DNA from: Pseudomonas aeruginosa PAO1 | GTDB taxonomy: Bacteria > Pseudomonadota > Gammaproteobacteria > Pseudomonadales > Pseudomonadaceae | NCBI RefSeq assembly: GCF_000006765.1 | Contig: NC_002516.2 | Reading direction: 5' to 3' (one strand) | DNA: 64,000 nucleotides | Shown: positions 56,700 to 64,000 of the stretch, one piece after another | How positions within the stretch are numbered: position 1 is the first letter of the stretch | Layout: every line of letters starts with the position of its first letter | Notes under the pieces: model-generated | The model's database searches: none | Told to the model about the DNA's origin: nothing | What the model saw: the letters and a program-made list of their open reading frames with translations, nothing else | Translations under genes and position numbers: made by a program

Positions 56700-57827
56700 A
56701 TGCGGCAAAGATTCTGGCAAGGAACATTCAAGACCCTGGGCTTCCTCGGCCTGACGGCGGGGCTCGCCGCCCAGGCCGCGGAGCCGTCCGGCAAGGCCCT
56801 CAGCGCCGCCGCCGGCGTGCCCTGGCCGGCGGTCATCGCCCACCGCGGCGCCTCGTACGACGCCCCCGAGGAAACCGCCGCGGCCTACCTGCTGGCCCGC
56901 GACCTCGGCGCCGACTACCTGGAAGCCGACGTGCAGCGCAGCCGCGACGGCGTGCTGGTCGCCCTCCACGACGACACCCTGGAGCGCACCACCGACGTCG
57001 CCGAGGTCTTCCCGGAGCGCGCCAAGGACCCGGTGAGCAGCTTCACTCTCGCCGAACTCAAGCGCCTGGACGCCGGCTCCTGGTTCAATCGCGCCTTCCC
57101 CCAACGCGCCCGGCCCGGCTTCGTCGGCCTGCGCATCCTCACCCTCGACGAGATGCTCGACATCGCCGAGGGCGGCGCCAACAAGCCGGGCCTGTACCTG
57201 GAGACCAAGGTACCGGCGCAATTCCCCGGCATCGAAGACGACCTGCGCAAGCTGCTGGAACGCCGCGGCTGGCTGCAACCCCGCGAGCGCGCCGCCGCCG
57301 GGCATGTCGACGTGGCCCACGGCAATGGCCGGGTGATCCTGCAGACCTTCGAGAAGAGCAGCCTGGAACTGCTGCAAGAAAGCATGCCGCAAGTGCCGAA
57401 GATTCTCCTGCTGTGGCTCGGTGACGGCTACCTGGAAGCCCGTTCGCCAGTGACCTTCAAGGAATCCGGGGAAACCGACAAGGCGGCCTTCTACGCCAGG
57501 CAGGAAGTGAAGTCCGAAGCCGAGTTCGGCGCCTGGCTGGACTGGGCCAAGGCCCACGGCGCGCTGGGCACCGGGCCCTCGGCGACCCTCAGCGAACGCG
57601 GCGAACAGAGCTACGCCGACCTGGTGAAACCCTGGATGAACCGCATGACCCACGCGCGCGGGTTGTTCATCCATGCCTACTCGGTGGACTCGGCGGAAGA
57701 CTTCAAGGCCCTAGGCGCGGCCGGCGTCGACGGTTTCTTCACCAACCGCACCTCGGAACTGCTGAAGTTCCAGGGCCGCCCGGCGGCGCAAGACATGGAC
57801 GCGCTGCTGCGCCGGCACGGCTACTGA
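56700..57827 (+). CDS. Secreted/periplasmic glycerophosphodiester phosphodiesterase
   Basis: Signal peptide; IAHRGAS, YLEADVQ, LHD, LETK, DGFFTN. Confidence 0.9.
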   Translation: MRQRFWQGTFKTLGFLGLTAGLAAQAAEPSGKALSAAAGVPWPAVIAHRGASYDAPEETAAAYLLARDLGADYLEADVQRSRDGVLVALHDDTLERTTDVAEVFPERAKDPVSSFTLAELKRLDAGSWFNRAFPQRARPGFVGLRILTLDEMLDIAEGGANKPGLYLETKVPAQFPGIEDDLRKLLERRGWLQPRERAAAGHVDVAHGNGRVILQTFEKSSLELLQESMPQVPKILLLWLGDGYLEARSPVTFKESGETDKAAFYARQEVKSEAEFGAWLDWAKAHGALGTGPSATLSERGEQSYADLVKPWMNRMTHARGLFIHAYSVDSAEDFKALGAAGVDGFFTNRTSELLKFQGRPAAQDMDALLRRHGY

Positions 57828-57892
57828 GCCTCGGCCTGGCCGGCGGATGAGCGCGGGCGGCCATCCGCAGTTCCCGCTTGGGCGGCGCGGCG

Positions 57893-59047
57893 CTAGCCGG
57901 CGCTGTCGCTGCCGAAGCGTGCCAGCTGCATCTCGCGCAGCCGGCTGAGGGTGCGACGGAAGGCGAAGGCCAGGTAGCCCTCGGTATAAAGTGCCTCCAA
58001 CGGCACCCTGGCCTCCAGGTAGAGCGGCACCTTGCGGTCGTAGCATTCGTCCACCAGGGCGATGAAGCGCCGCACGCCGTCGTCGTGCACCGACAACTGC
58101 GGCAATTCGCGATCACCCGCCTCCACCAGTTGCGCGCCGTCCTCGGTGCCACGGGCTATGCGGCCTTCGCGCTGGCTGGCGCTCAGGCACGGCAGGTCGT
58201 CCATCAGGATCGCCCGGTAGCGGTCGCAAAGGCCGATGAAGTCCAGCGCCGACAGCGGCGCCTCGCAGAGCTGCGCATAGCTGCACCAGAGCACCGATTC
58301 GCTGTGCCGGTGCACCGCCAGCGGGCGGTGCCCCAGTTCGATGGGCTGCGTGGATGCCGCTTCGCCGGCACTCAGGCGCGCGAAGAGTTCGGCGAAACCG
58401 CTCGCCTGCCCCGCCTCCACCACCCAGTAGCGTTGCTCGGCCCGGCCGGGATGCAGGCGGTGGTCCTGGCCGCCATCCACCGCGACCACCGCCATGTGCC
58501 GCTGGATCGCCTCGATCGCCGGGAGGAAGCGTTCGCGGTTGAAACCGTCGGCGTACAACTGCTCCGGTGGCTGGTTGGAAGTGGCCACCAGCACCACGCC
58601 CTCCTCGAACATGATGCGCAGCAGGCTGCCGAGCAGGATGGCATCGCCGATATCGCTGACGAACAGCTCGTCGAAGCACAGCACCCGCACGTCCCGCGCC
58701 AACTCGCGGGCCAGGGCGCGCAACGGGTCGGCTGTACCGGTCAGTTCGAACTGGCGCTGGTGCACCCATTGCATGAAGTGGTGGAAGTGCTGGCGCCGCG
58801 CGGGCACGCGCAGGCACTGGTAGAAGTGATCCATCAGCCAGGTCTTGCCGCGTCCTACCGGTCCCCACAGGTAGACGCCCTGGATCGCGCCGTGGCGGTG
58901 AGCTTCATGCAGGGCCTGGAAACAACGCTCCAGCGCCTCGGCGGCGCGCCGCTGCGCCTCGTCGGGAGCGAAACCGCGCTGTTCCACGGCCTGGCGATAG
59001 ACGGCGAGCGGCGACATGGCCGGCAGATCGGGAGAGGTATCGGGCAT
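57893..59047 (-). CDS. zapE: AFG1/ZapE-family ATPase
   Basis: GPVGRGKTWLMD, LCFDE, TSNQPPEQLY, RTLSRLREM; the start may be the downstream MSPL. Confidence 0.82.
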   Translation of the reverse strand: MPDTSPDLPAMSPLAVYRQAVEQRGFAPDEAQRRAAEALERCFQALHEAHRHGAIQGVYLWGPVGRGKTWLMDHFYQCLRVPARRQHFHHFMQWVHQRQFELTGTADPLRALARELARDVRVLCFDELFVSDIGDAILLGSLLRIMFEEGVVLVATSNQPPEQLYADGFNRERFLPAIEAIQRHMAVVAVDGGQDHRLHPGRAEQRYWVVEAGQASGFAELFARLSAGEAASTQPIELGHRPLAVHRHSESVLWCSYAQLCEAPLSALDFIGLCDRYRAILMDDLPCLSASQREGRIARGTEDGAQLVEAGDRELPQLSVHDDGVRRFIALVDECYDRKVPLYLEARVPLEALYTEGYLAFAFRRTLSRLREMQLARFGSDSAG

Positions 59048-59218
59048 CGGGCAGTTCCACCTGGCGCAGAGCGCGGAGCCAGACGCTCCGCAAAGCGCCG
59101 AGTCTACTGCGCCCGGCTGGGTTTGGGCGAATGCCGCAGCGCCGGCACGGCGGATAGTCGCGGGAGGTTGGCCGAATAACCGCTTGCGCTTACCCGCCGC
59201 AATCCCGAGCGCCTGAAC

Positions 59219-60345
<1,127 letters not shown>

Positions 60346-60349
<4 letters not shown>

Positions 60350-61530
60350 GAGTAGAAGGTCGGTTGCGGCGGTGACTGGTTCAGCGCCCAGTCGCCCAGC
60401 TCGCGGATCTTGTAGTCCAGCGGGTCGTGCAGGGTCTGGGTGCGCAGGTTGCGCCAGTAGCGGTCCAGGCGCAGGGCGGCGTGAGTGGAGCGGGCGCCGG
60501 TGACTTCGAACATGCGGTTGCACAGGTCGAGGCCGTTGCGCGTCGCGGCGACCTTGGCGGCGGCGATGGCCAGGGCCAACTGGCCGCGCTCGCTGGCGTC
60601 CAGCGCCGGGCCCTTGGACCAGGCGGCGTCGAGGCGCTGCGCGGCGCGCTCGACCAGCGCCCGGGTGCTTTCCAGGCCGACCCAGAATTCGCCGTAGCGC
60701 GCCAGCACATAGGGGTCAGCATTGGCCTCGGCGACCTCGGAGCGGAACCACGGTCGCGCTTCGCGCAGGGTGTACTGGCGAGCCTCCTCGAAGGCGCCTT
60801 CGGCGATGCCGAGGAACACCTCGGTGAAGATCAACTGGGCGATCAGCGGCCGCAGGCAGGCGAACGGCGTGCTCAGCGGCCCGGGATCGAGCAGCAACTC
60901 GCTCTCCTCCACCCGCACCCGCTCGAAGATCGCGCTGCCGCTGTCGGTCTGCCGCTGGCCCATGTTGTCCCAATCCTGGCCCAGGCTGATACCGCTGCGC
61001 GCGGTGGGGATGGCGGCAATCAGCAGCGCCCCGCCCTCGCCGTCCAGTGCCGAGGCGATGAGCATCTCCGAATCGCGGGCGCCGGAGCAGAAGCTCTTCT
61101 TCCCGGAGAACTCGCGCCAGCCGTCGAAGCGCCGGGCCACGGTACGGTTGTCCAGCGGGTTCAGCGCGTTGCCCCAGAACCAGCGGTTGCGCGCGGTCAG
61201 CTCGAACCACGGCTGCCATTGCTCGGGCCGCGAGAACAGGCGCACGGTGGCCAGCATCAGGTGCTGGAAGCCATAGACGTGGGCGATCGAGCTGTCGACC
61301 CGGGCCAGTTCGCGCACGGTTTGCAGGGTTTCGCTCCAGCTCGCCCCCAGGCCGCCGTATTCGCGCGGGATGATCAGCGACAACAGGCCGCTGCGGCGCA
61401 ACGCGTCGCGCTCGGCCTTCGGGGTACCGCCGGCGACGTCGCGCTCGGCGGCGTTCTCGGCGAAATCGGCGGCCAGGCGCCGGGCGATCTGCAACGGCGT
61501 TTGCGCCTCGGGGCGGGTCTTCGCATTCAC
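60346..61530 (-). CDS. msuC: Methanesulfinate monooxygenase-like acyl-CoA dehydrogenase-fold protein
   Basis: GKKSFCSGA, WDNMGQRQTDSG, LDRYWRNLRTQTLHDP; GTG start with GAGGAG; follows msuD. Confidence 0.85.
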
Positions 61531-61559
61531 AGGGGGTTTCTCCTCGGGGGCCCGGCTGC

Positions 61560-62705
61560 TCAAGCGCCGGCGCGAGCCGGCAGCACGTCGTTGGCGATCA
61601 TTTCGCCGAACGGCCCGGTCAGGTTGGTCAGCCCACGGCCGGCCAGGCTGGCGTAGGGTTCGGGCAGCAGCGGGAAGACCAGTTCGGCGAAGCGGTAGGC
61701 CTCTTCCAGGTGCGGATAGCCGGAGAAGATGAAGCTGTCGATGCCGAGCTCGGCGTATTCCCCGATGCGCTCCGCCACCTGCCGCGGATCGCCGACCAGC
61801 GCGGTGCCGGCGCCGCCGCGCACCAGGCCGACCCCGGCCCAGAGGTTCGGCTGGATCTCCAGGCGATCGCGGCGACCGCCGTGCAGCGCGGCCATGCGTC
61901 GCTGGCCTTCGGAGTCGAAACGGGCGAAGGACTGCTGCGCGGCGGCGATGGTTTCGTCGGAGATGTGTTCGATCAGCCTGTCCGCGGCGCGCCAGGCTTC
62001 TTCGGCGGTTTCGCGGACGATCACATGCAGGCGGATGCCGAACTTCACCGTACGCCCATGGCGAGCCGCTCGCTGGCGCACGTCGGCGATTTTCGCCGCC
62101 ACCGCCGGCAACGGCTCGCCCCAGGTCAGGTAGACGTCCACCTGTTCGCCGGCCAGTTCGTGGGCGGCCTCCGAGGAACCGCCGAAGTACAGCGGCGGAT
62201 ACGGCCGTTGCAGCGGCGGATAGAGCGCCTTGGCGTTCTCCACGTGGATGTGCTTGCCGTGGAAGTCCACCGCCTCGCCCTGCAGGACGCGCCGCCAGAC
62301 CCGAAGGAACTCGTCGGTGACCTCGTAGCGCTCGGCGTGGCCGAGATGGATGCCGTCGCCGCGGTTCTCGTCGGGATCGCCGCCGGTGACCACGTTGATC
62401 AGCAGGCGCCCGCCGGACAGGCGGTCGAGGGTCGCCGCCATCCGCGCCGAGACGGTCGGCGAAACGATTCCCGGACGGATCGCCACCAGGAAGCGCAGGC
62501 GCTCGGTCAGCGGCGCCAGCGCCGAGGCCACCACCCAGGAGTCCTCGCAGGAGCGTCCGGTGGGGATCAGCACGCCGTGATAGCCAAGGCTGTCGGCCGC
62601 CTGTGCCACCTGCTTCAGGTAAGGCAGCGAGACCGGCCGCGCCCCCTGGCTGGTGCCGAGGAAGTGGCCATCGCCGTGGGTCGGGAGGAACCAGAACACG
62701 TTCAT
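61560..62705 (-). CDS. msuD: FMNH2-dependent methanesulfonate/alkanesulfonate monooxygenase
   Basis: [51 protein letters not shown]. Confidence 0.92.
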   Translation of the reverse strand: MNVFWFLPTHGDGHFLGTSQGARPVSLPYLKQVAQAADSLGYHGVLIPTGRSCEDSWVVASALAPLTERLRFLVAIRPGIVSPTVSARMAATLDRLSGGRLLINVVTGGDPDENRGDGIHLGHAERYEVTDEFLRVWRRVLQGEAVDFHGKHIHVENAKALYPPLQRPYPPLYFGGSSEAAHELAGEQVDVYLTWGEPLPAVAAKIADVRQRAARHGRTVKFGIRLHVIVRETAEEAWRAADRLIEHISDETIAAAQQSFARFDSEGQRRMAALHGGRRDRLEIQPNLWAGVGLVRGGAGTALVGDPRQVAERIGEYAELGIDSFIFSGYPHLEEAYRFAELVFPLLPEPYASLAGRGLTNLTGPFGEMIANDVLPARAGA

Positions 62706-62714
62706 CGGCGCACC

Positions 62715-63275
62715 TCAGGCGATCTTCAACAGTTCGGAGCGTCCGCCGAACAGCGGCGCGGCGCGCTCGGCGGCGAGGCGGATGCGCGCCTTCAGCGGCT
62801 CGCTGACGATCCGGTAGTTGTCGAAGTCGGCCTCGCTGGCGTAGACCCCGATGGGCAGGGTGATCGCCTGGAAGAAGCTGAACAGCGGGCGCAACTGGTG
62901 GTCGAGGACCAGCGCGTGGCGCTCGGTGCCGCCAGTGGCGGCGAGCAGCACCGGGGTGTCGATCAAGGCGTTGAGGTCGATCAGGTCGAACAGGTGCTTG
63001 AGCAGGCCCGGATAGGAGCCACGGTAGACCGGCGAGGCGACCAGCAGCAGGTCGGCGCTTTCGATCTCGTCGAGCACCGCCTGCAGTTCCGCCGGCGCCT
63101 GGTTGCGCGCCAGGGTAGCGCCCAGCGGCGCGGCGATGTCGGTCAGCTCGATGACCCGGCTGTCGATCGGCAACGACTGGCCAAGCTCGGCGATCAGGGC
63201 CTGGGTGAGTACCAGGGTGCGGGACGGGCGATAGGTGCCGCCGGAGACGGCGACGACTTTGAAGGGGCTGGTCAT
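62715..63275 (-). CDS. msuE: NADH-dependent FMN reductase
   Basis: SGGTYRPSRT, SPVYRGSYPGLLKHLFD, ATGGTERHAL. Confidence 0.92.
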   Translation of the reverse strand: MTSPFKVVAVSGGTYRPSRTLVLTQALIAELGQSLPIDSRVIELTDIAAPLGATLARNQAPAELQAVLDEIESADLLLVASPVYRGSYPGLLKHLFDLIDLNALIDTPVLLAATGGTERHALVLDHQLRPLFSFFQAITLPIGVYASEADFDNYRIVSEPLKARIRLAAERAAPLFGGRSELLKIA

Positions 63276-63317
63276 GGGATTTCCCTGTGGACTGTTGCGC
63301 TAGGTGCAGTGCCCTGG

Positions 63318-63333
63318 AGCAAGGGCCGTACCA
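63318..63333 (-). promoter_or_regulatory. sigma54 -24/-12 promoter of msuEDC
   Basis: Minus-strand TGGTACGGCCCTTGCT, 43 bp before the msuE start. Confidence 0.8.
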
Positions 63334-63384
63334 ACGGGGAAATGTGCATTTTCCGGGCAGTTGCGGCGGGTTTCCGGCCTCGGC

Positions 63385-63433
63385 CTGTCAGCCACGCAAC
63401 AGCGCTGCTGTCCGACTGTTGCCCGGGCAACAG
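63385..63433. promoter_or_regulatory. Tandem 18-bp enhancer sites (candidate SfnR UAS)
   Basis: CTGTTGCC-CG-GGCAACAG (63416-63433) and CTGTCAGCCACGCAACAG (63385-63402), 31 bp apart. Confidence 0.7.
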
Positions 63434-63434
63434 T

Positions 63435-63701
63435 TCAGTTCAGCTTGTAGGCCTGGAGCAGGAATATCTGGAATGCCCGCGCCGAATGCTGGTCGCCCGG
63501 CGGCAGGACGAACGGCGGCAGGCGCCCCTTGCGGCGCTTGACGTCGGCCCAGCGCTGGCCATTGCGCGAATGGAACTGGCAGAACGGCTGGTCGCCCAGG
63601 TAGAACACCCCAGGCCGCGGCTCGCGGATGCGCGGCCAGCGGCGCAGGCAATCCAGCAGCGGGCCGAGGTCGGCGAGTTGTTCCGGCGAACAGTACGGCA
63701 T
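63435..63701 (-). CDS. Small hypothetical protein (88 aa)
   Basis: GAGGA RBS before MPYCSPEQ; no recognised motif. Confidence 0.6.
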   Translation of the reverse strand: MPYCSPEQLADLGPLLDCLRRWPRIREPRPGVFYLGDQPFCQFHSRNGQRWADVKRRKGRLPPFVLPPGDQHSARAFQIFLLQAYKLN

Positions 63702-63936
63702 GCAGCGATCCTCTTCGCCGGGTCGGGAAACCAAGGTTGCTGTGACTGGAGGACCGGGCGGACTCGGCGCGGCCGGGAAAGCGGCTACCGGGAGCGAGCG
63801 ACACAGGCGAGCGGAGCGAAGCATGGCGACGTCCCTGGTCCGGCCAACGAGATTCACCGCTCCGTTGTAGAACAGCCGCCGTCCGGGTTCTTGCCGGTTT
63901 TGTGGGGGAATTGTGAAAGACTGTAAAGCGCCCCGC

Positions 63937-64000
63937 TCACTTGCCCACCAGCGAGACCACGTTGTGCCGTGGCGAGGTTTCCAGCTCGCCGATCTTCTCC
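63937..64000 (-). CDS. 3' end of a gene entering from the right edge (...EKIGELETSPRHNVVSLVGK), possibly a second SfnR-like regulator
   Basis: Open frame ending TGA at 63937; the IGEL segment echoes the SfnR C-terminus; only 20 codons visible. Confidence 0.4.
   Translation of the reverse strand, partial: EKIGELETSPRHNVVSLVGK

Noticed and set aside
55554-57674. 706-aa minus-strand ORF
   Set aside because: Antisense to the metI-like and GDPD genes; no motifs.
61710-63926. 738-aa plus-strand ORF
   Set aside because: Antisense to msuD/msuE; no motifs or RBS support.

Overview
High-GC window whose gene order matches, from recall, the Pseudomonas aeruginosa PAO1 PA2305-PA2359 region; no database search was run. 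From left to right it holds: the 5' part of the AMB-toxin NRPS ambB and the exporter ambA; a TauD-family dioxygenase/ABC importer operon; an XRE-cupin regulator; a 167-aa protein that is about 49% Met+Cys; a LysR/serine hydrolase/MFS module; an FAD oxidoreductase and a cupin; a GTAG-type REP array interrupted by an IS1111-group (ISPa11-like) IS110-family element; the gluconate locus gntR-gntK-gntP plus gapN; several flavin-dependent (SfnB/DszC/DszA/MsuC/MsuD-like) sulfur-scavenging monooxygenases; a second REP array; an AraC-controlled AhpD/acyl-CoA dehydrogenase/ABC operon; a sulfatase/LysR/TonB receptor/arylsulfotransferase module; the mannitol operon mtlR-EFGKDYZ; a sulfide:quinone oxidoreductase; a MetNIQ-like importer; a GDPD; zapE; and msuEDC-sfnR. 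Four observations stand out. (1) The IS non-coding 3' end folds into two internal loops whose unpaired segments copy the REP target site and the element's own circle junction, as expected of a bridge/seekRNA. This class of system was published in 2024, but the guide assignments here are read directly from the sequence. (2) The Met/Cys-rich two-repeat protein sits among nearly sulfur-free sulfur-starvation proteins and is a candidate sulfur store or soft-metal sponge. (3) Four sigma54 promoters share a phased 18-bp upstream palindrome, defining a probable SfnR regulon. (4) There is an unlisted 47-aa sORF after gntP.
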